A stretch of DNA of 32,000 nucleotides, taken from contig NC_009925.1 in NCBI RefSeq assembly GCF_000018105.1, positions 1,890,001 through 1,922,000 on the forward strand, read 5' to 3'. The translations under genes and the position numbers were made by a program. Source of the stretch: Acaryochloris marina MBIC11017 (lineage in GTDB: Bacteria > Cyanobacteriota > Cyanobacteriia > Thermosynechococcales > Thermosynechococcaceae). Below the pieces are notes generated by a model, which was given only the letters and a program-made list of their open reading frames with translations, had not been told where the DNA came from and searched no databases. This document shows positions 1 through 9,177 of this stretch, in pieces. The first letter of the stretch is position 1; each line of letters starts with the position of its first letter.

Positions 1-932
1 CTATCCGATAGGATTTTCGTATCTTTTTTTCCTATAAAGTAATAGCCAGATGCAGCATCAAAAACCCCTGATTGTTGGACTAAATATCGATCAAAATATT
101 GCAAATAAAAGGATGTCAGCCTAGTAAAAATTTTAATCAGCTTACGCAATGCTTTCTGTTTCGTAAAACTGAGCAAAAAGTACTGATAAGACCAGGCTAA
201 CGCCATACCGGGGCCACCAACTGGACCACTCTCCACCTCCTGGAAGTGACGAAATAGGCGTCGATGTCCTAAGTGGGTAAATCGCGTAAAGTCATAGCGC
301 CCCATATGCACTTGTTGCATAAAAGGAGTTTCAGCATAAACGAGGCCATTCGATTTGAGTACACGATGCATTTCTGCCACACATCGATAGGGATCCACCA
401 CATGTTCTAAGACTGCTTGAATAATCACACCATCTATTGACTGATCCGTAAATGGAAGATCGTGAGCATCACAGATTAACTGGGTTCGTTCACTGAAATA
501 GATATCACTTTCAATCAGTTCAATATTCGATTGACGAACCAGCTCTTCCATCCCTTGCCCCAAATTGCCACAGCCAATCACTAACACCTTGGGATGCTCA
601 GAATATTGCAATAGCTGCTGCGTAAACTGTTGATAGTTCTGCTTGGCCACAGGATTCACATCAATATTAGGCAGTGCAGCGCTGATGCGAGCTTTGACTC
701 CACTACCGGTTGACGGGGGCACATGCCCTTCCTCCTGCTCAAACTCGGCAATGGAAAAGATACTGGCGTCTTCATTCAATAGGATGGGAGCACAATTGAC
801 GACAGGAAAGACCGAAGAACAGTCAGCATTCTGACAAGACAAATGGTGGTCCTGCAGCTCCAGCTGGCCTTTGCAAACCGGGCAGCATAGCAAAGATTGA
901 GCAACATCAGAAAAACGGAATTGAGAACCCAT
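1..932 (-). CDS. Class I SAM-dependent methyltransferase with N-terminal Cys-rich zinc-ribbon; 3' end lies beyond the left window edge
   Basis: Absent from the ORF track because it runs off the window. Hand translation from the ATG at 932-930 is open for 310 codons down to position 3; every triplet in this frame was checked and none is a stop. It reads MGSQFRFSDVAQSLLCCPVCKGQLELQDHHLSCQNADC... The SAM motif I is VLVIGCGNLG, followed by DGVIIQAVLEHV and LKSNGLVY. Confidence 0.75.
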   Translation of the reverse strand, partial: MGSQFRFSDVAQSLLCCPVCKGQLELQDHHLSCQNADCSSVFPVVNCAPILLNEDASIFSIAEFEQEEGHVPPSTGSGVKARISAALPNIDVNPVAKQNYQQFTQQLLQYSEHPKVLVIGCGNLGQGMEELVRQSNIELIESDIYFSERTQLICDAHDLPFTDQSIDGVIIQAVLEHVVDPYRCVAEMHRVLKSNGLVYAETPFMQQVHMGRYDFTRFTHLGHRRLFRHFQEVESGPVGGPGMALAWSYQYFLLSFTKQKALRKLIKIFTRLTSFYLQYFDRYLVQQSGVFDAASGYYFIGKKDTKILSD

Positions 933-1049
933 ACTTGTCATTTACATCTGTTGAGATCAGGAGCAGAGTTTATATTACGCGCAGTATCTTCACCATACTC
1001 AACGCTCTGAAATTATTTTATTCTAAAAAATTATTTTATCAACCTCCCT

Positions 1050-2201
1050 TTAAACTAGAGTTGCTAAGGCCTGGTCAACGGCACCAAGGCACACCTCAGG
1101 GGCAAACTTAGTGGCAGCAGACTGCATACCCTGTTCAGCTAAGGTCGAGGCAAGCTGTTGATCATTCAACAACTCATGAATCGCGGCGGCTAAAGCATTC
1201 GCATCCCCTGGGGGGACTAACCGCCCCGACTGCCGATCGGCAATCACTTCCAACATGCCCCCTGCCGCCGTCGCAATCACCGGCTTTTGGGCTAGCTGAC
1301 CTTCAATCGCAATTCTGGCACAAGGTTCAGGTTCAGTAGAGGCATGAATGACAATATCGCAAGCTTTCATCAAAGCCGGGACGTCTTGGCGAAATCCCAA
1401 CCAATGAATTCGATCGGCTAAATCTTCGCCAGCCGCCATTTCTTTGATCATGGCGACATAGTCTTGTTCTCCAAACAAAGCATCGCCCACCAATAACCCA
1501 TGGACATCCGGTAAAGACCGCAACGCTTCAATTAAGACATGTTGGCCTTTCCATGGAGAGAGGCGGCTAAACAGTCCCACCAAGGGTACATTCTCTAGCT
1601 TGAGTTCTTGGCGCACAGCTGTTGCAGCTTCCAGGGTGACCTGATCAAACCGATCCGACTCAATCCCGTCATACATCACTTTCACCAAATTAGGACGACC
1701 ACCCACAGCGATAAAGGCATCAGCCGTTGCCTGTGATGCAACCCAAACTTGAGCGGCCCGGTTATTCGCCAGAGTAATGGCGACACGACGATTCACACCA
1801 CTAAAATGCTTAGCAGTCAGGATATCTCGTAAATGCCAAACTAGCGGCGGCGTCCCGATCAGTGTCGCCAAGCTAGCCGCAATAAACGCTTTTTGAGAAT
1901 TGGCACAAATAAAATCAAATCCTTGAGAGGCTTTAGCAATCTGCTGCGCCATTTGCCACAGCGCTGGAATCGCTTTAAGGGAAGCCAAGCCACTGGATGT
2001 CCGAATAGACAACAGCGAGTCTGGTGCATTGACAACAGTAACCGGGACCCCGGCTTTTTCTAGAGCCTGACGAAACGGTCCATCTTCAAATAGCAACATC
2101 TGGCTCGTTGCCCGATAGGCAGCAGCAATACTCAAACAGCAATATTCTGCCCCTGCTAGCGCGCCAACATGATTAATAAATAAAATACGGTGCTGTTTCA
2201 T
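1050..2201 (-). CDS. GT4-family (GT-B fold) glycosyltransferase
   Basis: 383-aa ORF. N-terminus ILFINHVGALAGAE. The C-terminal domain has STEPEPCARIAIEGQLAQKPVIATAAGG and then LVPPGD, typical of group 1 glycosyltransferases. Confidence 0.85.
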   Translation of the reverse strand: MKQHRILFINHVGALAGAEYCCLSIAAAYRATSQMLLFEDGPFRQALEKAGVPVTVVNAPDSLLSIRTSSGLASLKAIPALWQMAQQIAKASQGFDFICANSQKAFIAASLATLIGTPPLVWHLRDILTAKHFSGVNRRVAITLANNRAAQVWVASQATADAFIAVGGRPNLVKVMYDGIESDRFDQVTLEAATAVRQELKLENVPLVGLFSRLSPWKGQHVLIEALRSLPDVHGLLVGDALFGEQDYVAMIKEMAAGEDLADRIHWLGFRQDVPALMKACDIVIHASTEPEPCARIAIEGQLAQKPVIATAAGGMLEVIADRQSGRLVPPGDANALAAAIHELLNDQQLASTLAEQGMQSAATKFAPEVCLGAVDQALATLV

Positions 2202-2230
2202 ATGCTATTTGGATCTTAAAGTAATGGGCT

Positions 2231-3031
2231 TTAAAGAATCGGTTGACTAACTTTCTTAAAAAAGATGATGACGCCTTCATCCTCCCAATGCCGAGTGAAT
2301 CGAACTAAAGAATGATGGCAACTATTTTCTTGTAAAACATGAAATATTGTATTGAGGTTATAAGCGTTCATTTGCATCATCGGCTTGTAGTCTGCCCCTT
2401 TTATATAATCTTTTAATCGCACAAGGACAGGGAACTTCTGGCCAATGCTAATCGCAAACTTTCGTATCCAGGAAGCTTGCTTAAAGTAAGTAAAATGCAA
2501 AACCCCAATTCCTTCATCTTCTAGTAGGTCAATTAGCTGTTTTAGAATCATTTCGCCTCGTTCACAAGGGATATGTTGGAATACAATAAACGAGTGAATA
2601 AAATCAAATTTCTTGTGCAAGCCAAATACATCTGACAAAGCGTCATCACCTTTAATAAAGGTAGCGTTTTCAACCTCTCTCCTTTTGCAATTCTCAACTG
2701 CTTCTTGCAACATCGAATCGGAAACATCAACACCTGTAACCGACTGACAAATGCCTGCAAGGGGGATAGCGATACGACCTACACCACAGCCAAAATCTAA
2801 GGCATGTTGGGGTTGAAAATCAGGATCTAAGTATTGATGCGAAATATCTAAGATCGTATCGATATGCTTTTTGCCTGTTTCAAAAAAATCTTCAATCGCT
2901 TCAGGAGATAAATTCTCTTTCTTAAATCTATCCCAAGAAACAACACCATAATAAGGATTAGTTTTTCCGTAATACTCCCAATCTTTATCTGTAGTGTATT
3001 TAGAAATTCTGGCTCCTGTATTTTTACTCAT
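2231..3031 (-). CDS. Class I SAM-dependent methyltransferase
   Basis: 266-aa ORF with motif I LDFGCGVGRIAIPLA, acidic loop GVDVS and FDFIHSFIVFQHI. Its start overlaps the upstream GT stop by 4 nt. Confidence 0.8.
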   Translation of the reverse strand: MSKNTGARISKYTTDKDWEYYGKTNPYYGVVSWDRFKKENLSPEAIEDFFETGKKHIDTILDISHQYLDPDFQPQHALDFGCGVGRIAIPLAGICQSVTGVDVSDSMLQEAVENCKRREVENATFIKGDDALSDVFGLHKKFDFIHSFIVFQHIPCERGEMILKQLIDLLEDEGIGVLHFTYFKQASWIRKFAISIGQKFPVLVRLKDYIKGADYKPMMQMNAYNLNTIFHVLQENSCHHSLVRFTRHWEDEGVIIFFKKVSQPIL

Positions 3032-4176
3032 GAGTCTTCATTCACAACCTCTTGGTAAGATGCTTGAACTTGTTGAACAATAACAGACCAGTCGTAGTTT
3101 TTACGCACATGGTCCTCACAGACTTGAGCACTAGGTAAATGACGTTTCTCTGAACAAGCTTCCAGAATGCCAGACGCGATATTTTGAGGTGAATATCCAG
3201 GGAGCACCAAATCCTCACAAAAGGGCCTCAAGATTTCTGGAATCCCACCGACAGGGGTCCCTAAGATAGGAGTCCCCGCTGCCAAGGATTCCAAAACCAC
3301 TAACCCGAATCCTTCCAAAGAGAGGGTGGGTAAAATGGCTAAGTCAGCCGCACGATAAGCCATCGGCAAAGCTTGATCAGGTAAATACCCAAGCATTTGA
3401 ATATGGTTCGTGAGCCCCAATTCCTGTATGCGGGCTTTCAAAGCTTGCTCTTGTTCGCCTTTGCCAGCCATCATTAACAAAACTTCCGGATACTGCTGAC
3501 AAACACTAGCCATCGCTTCCACTAAATTGCCTAAGCCCATGCGCTTGGACAATCTACGCGCTGTAAACAAAATGAAGCGATCTTGGGGCCATTGCAACTT
3601 TGCCCTTGCCGCCTCAGGTGACACGGAAGTTGCAAAACGATCCGTCTCTACTCCCCCAGGAATAATCTGAACCCGCTCTCCAGGAATATCATAGGTATGT
3701 TGCAAAATATCTTTGAAGGCCTGAGATAAAACGATAAAGCGGTTAGCACGGCTAAATACAGCCCTTTCCATCGCTTTCCTGGCTTGGAAACCCAGGCTTT
3801 TATTGCTTTCCACAATACTTTCTAAAGACCAGGGACCATGGAAATGGACAATAAAGGGGCGATGATCCAGCTGGTCCAGCATTGGGAAAGTGTACAAAGC
3901 AAAATGAGACACCAACAGCGAAACATCATCCTGCTGGAGCAGCATCCGAGCGGTTTGGCGTGCCCCCCATAACCGTTTCAGTAGGGAAGACTGGCGTGGC
4001 GCAAAGGCCCTGACCTGGTCATTGGTTTGCTCTGAAACCGTTGGGGGACCCGTGACTACACCAGCAATCTCAACCCCTACCTGAGGGAGATATCGAGTCA
4101 AGTCATAGTAGTAGCGATCTAACCCCCCTCCTTGCTTATCCGGAAACCAATCCATACCAATTTGCAAGGTTTTCAT
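3028..4176 (-). CDS. GT4-family glycosyltransferase
   Basis: 382-aa ORF with SLEGFGLVVLESLAAGTPILGTPVGGIPE, the E-x7-E region of GT4 enzymes. Confidence 0.85.
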   Translation of the reverse strand: MKTLQIGMDWFPDKQGGGLDRYYYDLTRYLPQVGVEIAGVVTGPPTVSEQTNDQVRAFAPRQSSLLKRLWGARQTARMLLQQDDVSLLVSHFALYTFPMLDQLDHRPFIVHFHGPWSLESIVESNKSLGFQARKAMERAVFSRANRFIVLSQAFKDILQHTYDIPGERVQIIPGGVETDRFATSVSPEAARAKLQWPQDRFILFTARRLSKRMGLGNLVEAMASVCQQYPEVLLMMAGKGEQEQALKARIQELGLTNHIQMLGYLPDQALPMAYRAADLAILPTLSLEGFGLVVLESLAAGTPILGTPVGGIPEILRPFCEDLVLPGYSPQNIASGILEACSEKRHLPSAQVCEDHVRKNYDWSVIVQQVQASYQEVVNEDS

Positions 4177-4346
4177 TGCGAGTCTCGCTTGTTGATCGCT
4201 GCTTCATAGGCCGCTAATCGCTGTTGAGCAATGGTGGACCAACTATAGCTCTGGGCCGTTTGATAAGCATTTTGTTGCAATCGGGCTAATTCTGCACGAT
4301 TCTGAATCAATCGTTCTAGTGCAGAGATCTGTAAATAGTTCATCAG
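4173..4346 (-). pseudogene. Orphan 3' fragment of a GT4 glycosyltransferase gene (57 codons), abutting the IS element
   Basis: Hand translation gives LMNYLQISALERLIQNRAELARLQQNAYQTAQSYSWSTIAQQRLAAYEAAINKRDSQ*. This matches the canonical GT4 C-terminal helix pattern ending in YSW..IA....L..Y. Its TGA (4175-4173) overlaps the ATG of the downstream GT (ATGA coupling), so it is a genuine old gene end. No GT body lies upstream of it, only the IS. Confidence 0.7.
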
Positions 4347-5042
4347 CTATAGTCGAGGTTGGAATCCCTTAAATTGCCATTGGAAAGGTTTGGCCATCGT
4401 GTGATTGAAATACTCAATAAATTCGAGGATGCGCTGTTGCAAATCATCCTTGGAGGTGAAATTGCCTCGACGAATCAATCGACGCACCAAAATACTAAAC
4501 CAGCATTCAATCTGATTGAGCCAGGAGGTATGTTTGGGGATATAAACAAATCGGATCCGATGGCTGGGGTCGCTCAAGAAAGCTGTGCGAGTCTCCATCG
4601 ATTTGAGAATACCGGATTGACCTTTAACACCTAACTCTGAATCCATACCGCAACAAGCAGCAACCCATCGCACCAAGGAAGCAGAGCGATGGGTATTGAG
4701 TTGGTCGAGTAGAAAAATCCATCCATCGTCCGGTGCTGTTTCAACGGTATTGGCAATATGATTGGCAAAGTCAAACTCTTTTCGAGTGGGTCCGATAGAA
4801 GGCGCAATCACCTTTCCCAGAGCCACGTGCCAGTTGGCAATCAAACTGAGGGTACCGTGCCGTTTATATTCAAATTCCAAGCGACGTGGTTGCCCTGGTT
4901 TCATGGCTTGGTCTAGGTATAGTCGTTCAAGCGCTTGAATGCCCGTCATTTCATCCGTACTGACAAGGTGAATCTGTTGAGCTGCCAATTCAGCTGCTGA
5001 GTCATACAGTTGACAAATCTGACGCACTTTCGCCTCGAACAC
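4347..5042 (-). CDS. IS630-family transposase, C-terminal DDE catalytic part (orfB)
   Basis: 231-aa ORF with DDE_3-like motifs STDEMTGIQ, FLLDQLNTH and HTSWLNQIECWF. Its frame stays open upstream through ...GEAQLQPHRSRYWLNANPEDPEVFEAKV to the T6G4 run. Confidence 0.8.
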   Translation of the reverse strand: MFEAKVRQICQLYDSAAELAAQQIHLVSTDEMTGIQALERLYLDQAMKPGQPRRLEFEYKRHGTLSLIANWHVALGKVIAPSIGPTRKEFDFANHIANTVETAPDDGWIFLLDQLNTHRSASLVRWVAACCGMDSELGVKGQSGILKSMETRTAFLSDPSHRIRFVYIPKHTSWLNQIECWFSILVRRLIRRGNFTSKDDLQQRILEFIEYFNHTMAKPFQWQFKGFQPRL

Positions 5043-5058
5043 CTCTGGGTCCTCAGGG

Positions 5059-5595
5059 TTAGCATTGAGCCAATAGCGACTCCGATGGGGCTGCAGCTGA
5101 GCCTCTCCCCAAAAAACGTCTCACACTGCTGGCCGACAGGTGAGGGACGATGCCGCGTTTAATCGCTTCATCAGCAATCTCTTCAGGTGTCCATTGACTC
5201 ACAGGTCGGGCTGAGTCCTGGGGAGATTCACAGGCAATAGCCACAATTTGGATCACCTGCTCTGGGGTAAAGGTGGGTGGGACACCTGGACGCGGGGCAT
5301 CTGTTAAAGCCTCCAACACTTGCTGGTGCAATTCTGTTTCGCTGTCGTCTACCTGCTCACAAAGGGCAAGACGCTCTTGATTATCAAGCCAGCGCTGACG
5401 CCAATAGCGAACTTGGTTGCGGTCGAGTTGCCATTGACGGCTAATCTGGGTGTTACTTTCGCCTGAGGCGGCTGATAGGATGATGCTTGCTCGACGTACC
5501 AAGCGATAAGGATTGGTGGTTTGTCGCACGATTTGGGTCAAACAATGGTGTTGTTGCTGCGATAGTTCGATTGGAGAAGCTTTGGGAGTTGGCAT
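5059..5595 (-). CDS. IS630-family transposase, N-terminal helix-turn-helix part (orfA)
   Basis: 178-aa ORF with HTH-like segments (ASIILSAASGESNTQISRQWQLDRNQVRYWRQRW) ending ...SVRRFL. It then leaves the frame that continues into orfB at the run complementary to plus-strand C4A6 (5107-5116). Confidence 0.75.
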   Translation of the reverse strand: MPTPKASPIELSQQQHHCLTQIVRQTTNPYRLVRRASIILSAASGESNTQISRQWQLDRNQVRYWRQRWLDNQERLALCEQVDDSETELHQQVLEALTDAPRPGVPPTFTPEQVIQIVAIACESPQDSARPVSQWTPEEIADEAIKRGIVPHLSASSVRRFLGRGSAAAPSESLLAQC

Positions 5596-5634
5596 TGGCA
5601 GAAATCATATCTTGTGAAGAGGGTTTCTCTGACA

Positions 5635-6699
5635 CTATCCGATTGATGACCAATCTTGTATAACTGCCGGATTATCTTCAAAATCTAGGACTAGGGACTC
5701 GACAATGGCCCGACTATCTCTCACTGGCACGAGCAAGGCATCATGACCATCTTGAACAATATCTGAAGGGCCAGGGGTCGGTGTTGTTACAGGAGCCAAC
5801 CCGCAGGCCATCGCTTCAATCAGAACCTTACCAAAGCCTTCAGACAGCGTAGGGAACAATTTGATATCAAATCCTCGAAGCAGGTCGGGCAATTCTTCGT
5901 GTTGATAATAACTGATAACGGTGAGGCGATTGTGCACTTGAGGATCAAAGTCAGCGTAAACTTCTTCAGGCACGCCATAACCATTGAGTTCAGTCCCAAT
6001 CAAACTCACCTCGACCTCAGGATATTTCAGCAAGATCTCATTGAGAGCGGGGGTACTATACTCGATGCCTTTACGCTGAACATACGTCCCAACCTGAGCG
6101 ATGCGTATCCGTCCATCCCCAGGATATTTCAGGGGTAGGTCCAGAAAATAATTCGGTAATCCATTAGGAAAAACATGGGCAGTTTCAGGATTAACCTGTA
6201 AGTGGTTAACTGCATACTCGGCATCCACACGATTCAGGAAAAAGGTCAAATCTGCATATTTTAAGGACTGAGCAATTTCCCACAGTTGAATACTGCCTCG
6301 GTAAAGGGGATATTTCCAACTCAGGGTCAGATTCCCCAGAGCTGCATCCTGTAGACGTTCTTCATGTTCTAAATGATCTAAACCATGACTTCTCGTCACG
6401 AGTAACGGAGGGTTTAGCGTTAGACAACGGAAGAACCGTGCCCACACCCAAACATCTCCGGTAGAGGCATCAATGACATCAATCTGATGTTGCCTCACAA
6501 TTTGAGTAATCTTGAGGGCAGTCGCCTCCGGGAAAATGAGATCTTTGAGCTTCATAGAAAGCCATGAAGGCAAGTCATCAAATGAGTAGGTATAGACTTG
6601 ATGTCCTAATTCTTGATACTTTTCCTTGAGGTTTAAGGTACTCCCTGCAGCACCTGAATTTGGATCAAGATATTCATGGAGAATCAACAGGATATTCAT
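5635..6699 (-). CDS. GT4-family glycosyltransferase, C-terminally truncated at the IS junction
   Basis: 354-aa ORF with N-terminus MNILLILHEYLDPNSGAAGS and motifs LSEGFGKVLIEAMACGLAPVTT and LLVPVRDSRAIVESLVLDFEDNPAV. It ends abruptly (..IQDWSSIG*) at the TAG that coincides with the proposed IS end. It lacks the usual last 35 or so residues with the FSW motif. Confidence 0.75.
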   Translation of the reverse strand: MNILLILHEYLDPNSGAAGSTLNLKEKYQELGHQVYTYSFDDLPSWLSMKLKDLIFPEATALKITQIVRQHQIDVIDASTGDVWVWARFFRCLTLNPPLLVTRSHGLDHLEHEERLQDAALGNLTLSWKYPLYRGSIQLWEIAQSLKYADLTFFLNRVDAEYAVNHLQVNPETAHVFPNGLPNYFLDLPLKYPGDGRIRIAQVGTYVQRKGIEYSTPALNEILLKYPEVEVSLIGTELNGYGVPEEVYADFDPQVHNRLTVISYYQHEELPDLLRGFDIKLFPTLSEGFGKVLIEAMACGLAPVTTPTPGPSDIVQDGHDALLVPVRDSRAIVESLVLDFEDNPAVIQDWSSIG

Positions 6700-6726
6700 A
6701 CTCAGTTTTGTAATCGCAAAAGATTC

Positions 6727-6754
6727 AAAATTAGCAGTAAAAAATTAGCAGTAA
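6727..6754. repeat. Perfect tandem duplication 2 x 14 bp (AAAATTAGCAGTAA) in an intergenic spacer
   Basis: Read directly: 6727-6740 and 6741-6754 are identical. Confidence 0.9.
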
Positions 6755-6812
6755 GAATAGAAATATCTAAAGCACACCCTATTGCACCCAGTCAGTATTT
6801 TAGAAATTCCGA

Positions 6813-7517
6813 TCAATGTAACGTACAAAAATAGATATCATCCTTCTCTATGTCAAATCCAAACCTTTTACGTTCCTCAGAAGTAAACTCTTGCAAATAG
6901 GGCATCACTGAGACACAAAATCCAGCTTTTTCTAAGCGCTCTTTGTAATCCAACCCATAGACCCGCACATGATCACTTTGACCAAAGAGTTGTTCTCGTT
7001 GTTGGGGATCGGTGATGCTCAAATCTTCATAGGTTTGTTCTCGCAAAATGGGAACTTGAATCACGGCCCAGCCTTCTGGTTTCAATACTCTTGATAGCTC
7101 GCGCATCGCCTGAGCATCATCTGGAATATGTTCCAAAACATGTGAACAATAGATGATGTCAAAACTGTTATCTGGGTATTGAATATCCGTCAGATCCATC
7201 TTGACCATAGCTGAGTTATTCAAATCTGCTGTTAAATAGTCAATAGACTCACATTGAGCAAACTTGTCTACTAGGCACTCTTCAGGAGCAATGTGCAGCA
7301 TCTTTTTGGCATGGGCAGCAAACAAGTCCGTTTTCTGCTTAAAAAACAGCCACATCATTCGATGTCTTTCCAAGCTACTACAGACAGGACAAATGGCATT
7401 TAGCCGAATTTGAGTAGTATGCATCGGCTTAAAGAGTCGGACATTTGATTGGCAAATCGGACAATGATGCTGAGTTCCAAAATACAAGGATTTTTTAAGT
7501 GTTTTAACAATGGGCAT
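6813..7517 (-). CDS. SAM-dependent methyltransferase (Methyltransf_11-like) with N-terminal CxxC...CxxC zinc-ribbon
   Basis: 234-aa ORF with CPICQSNV...CPVCSSLERHR, then MLHIAPE, FDIIYCSHVLEHIPDD and LKPEGWAVIQVP. Confidence 0.8.
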   Translation of the reverse strand: MPIVKTLKKSLYFGTQHHCPICQSNVRLFKPMHTTQIRLNAICPVCSSLERHRMMWLFFKQKTDLFAAHAKKMLHIAPEECLVDKFAQCESIDYLTADLNNSAMVKMDLTDIQYPDNSFDIIYCSHVLEHIPDDAQAMRELSRVLKPEGWAVIQVPILREQTYEDLSITDPQQREQLFGQSDHVRVYGLDYKERLEKAGFCVSVMPYLQEFTSEERKRFGFDIEKDDIYFCTLH

Positions 7518-7531
7518 AGTATATTAGCATC

Positions 7532-8947
7532 CTAGAATTCTTGCTGCACAATGTAGTGAACTTTATAGTACTTATACGCGGCTATACCCAGGCTCAAAAA
7601 TGTCCAAACGATCAATCCAGAGATTTCTGGAAAGTATTGGCCTGTTAGCATCATGGGTAGGAGTCCGACACAAATAATTTTGATAGCAATGAGAAAGTTA
7701 TCTCGACTCGGTGGTTTAACTGTCACTATTTTGGCAATTAGCATAAATACACCCATAAAACAGATCATTGTGCCAATTAAACCGAACTATAACAGCATGG
7801 GCAAAAAGGTACCGTCTCCACTACTAATATTGCTAATGGACTCTAGATAAAAACAAAAGCCTTTACCGACTGGGTTAAATACAATTTTCTCAAATAAGTC
7901 AGAAAAAGCTTCTGCTCTAAGGTTAAGAGCTTCATCACTTTCTAGAGATTGAAAACTTGCAAATCTCTGACTAATACGCTCATTCAATTCACTCACTGAA
8001 AAAACAACCGTAAGGATACTCGAGACGGTTAAGGCTAAGAGGCCCAATAATTTTGACTGCTGCTGTGGGCGCAGGGTCGTAATATACAAGCCCATCACGA
8101 GTAATAGACACAACCATGCGGTTCGAACCACCCCAGCTAATAGGGTAATGGCTCCAAATAAAAGCGCTAAATACTGAGGCCAACTGAGGGGTGGGCAAAG
8201 AGAAAGTAAGATCCCGGTAACCATGGGAAATGATAACTGTTGGGCCGCAGAGGTGGTACTCCACACTCGAATTCCAAAGGGTTCTGGAGTGCCTCTAGCT
8301 TGTATACCTGTAAACGTTAAATAGAACCGATCCCAATCAGGTGCAACGACATATTGATACAGTCCATAAATGCCCATGACAATGACGGCATAAATGAAGA
8401 TTTTGTAAATGGATTGGCATAAATCAGGATAATTTTGCCAGTGAGAGTATAAGTAATAACCAAATACAATGGGACAAATAAATCCAAGGGCCAAGTCAAC
8501 CATTGAAAAGTCCCAGATTGGGTTATTTGCTAGGCCGACTAAAACGCCATAGGTTACCGTGCCTAGGCATAAAATAAACGGCAATCCAACCGACTTTAGT
8601 TCGCTGGGTAGGCTCTTAATACAGTTGGGTAACACAATTAAGTTAACAAGCTCCGGGGTTGTGTAAAATTCACCCATCGTATATGCACCCGCAATAAAAT
8701 CAATGATGCGACGGATCAGGCTACTGAGAAACCATAACCAAAAGGTATAGGCAATATAGAGTCTTGGGCAGCATTGGAACAGGTAGATACCGACTGCCAG
8801 GGAGCAAACGGGGTAAATCAGCACTAAGAAGCGACTAGCACCAATCATAGAAAAGGAGATCAGCAAGCTGACTAATCCCTCAATCGCTAACCATCCATAC
8901 TTTTCATAGGGAGTGGGTTTAAGGCTAGCAGTTGAGAGTGTATCCAT
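7532..8947 (-). pseudogene. Wzy / O-antigen-ligase-like polytopic membrane protein interrupted by one in-frame TAG (7787-7789)
   Basis: ORFs 7787..8947 and 7532..7768 are in the same frame, separated only by TAG plus 6 sense codons (..PMLL*FGLIGTMICFMG..). The joined product aligns end to end with the paralog at 9178..10602. The stop aligns with Tyr in the paralog's LFYFGWIG. Confidence 0.8.
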
Positions 8948-9177
8948 GAATCAGCGTATTCAGGCCGGTGATTAATCGTTGGAGAGTAGCTAGTCAAGTG
9001 AGTAGGAAAGTTAGGAGTGACGAGACTCGACCAGTAAATGTTGCGTAGGGACTGAACGCTAAAGTGAGAGTGGACATGAAAATTGCCCATTCCTCTCTAC
9101 TAATGTACTCACTTAGCATCCCAAGTGCCCACTGAAGGACAGCTTTTGCTGGCAAACTCACGCCTTATCGAGGATAC

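Larger units (their letters stand above)
4347..5637 (-). mobile_element. IS630-family insertion sequence (boundaries approximate)
   Basis: Contains the HTH and DDE transposase halves listed below. Both proposed ends are flanked by TA (4348-4349 / 5636-5637), as expected for IS630/Tc1-like TA targeting, and both begin TAGT. The terminal inverted repeats are only weakly recognisable. An alternative right end lies at about 5717, where TAGTCG mirrors the left-end TAGTCG. Confidence 0.65.

Noticed and set aside
643-834. 63-aa plus-strand ORF from the ORF track
   Set aside because: It lies entirely antisense to the continuous 310-codon methyltransferase frame (1-932, minus strand). It has no motif or ribosome-binding signal, so it is a shadow ORF.
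5637-5717. Alternative right-hand IS boundary at about 5717 (TAGTCG matching the left-end TAGTCG)
   Set aside because: The intervening 27 codons continue the GT4 frame with a canonical LVPxxD-helix-DNPAV pattern. They are therefore more likely GT coding sequence than IS sequence. It is kept only as an alternative in the IS feature note.
7532-7768. 78-aa ORF as an independent small membrane protein
   Set aside because: It is in frame with the upstream Wzy-like ORF across a single TAG and aligns with the C-terminus of the paralog. It is annotated as part of the interrupted gene instead.
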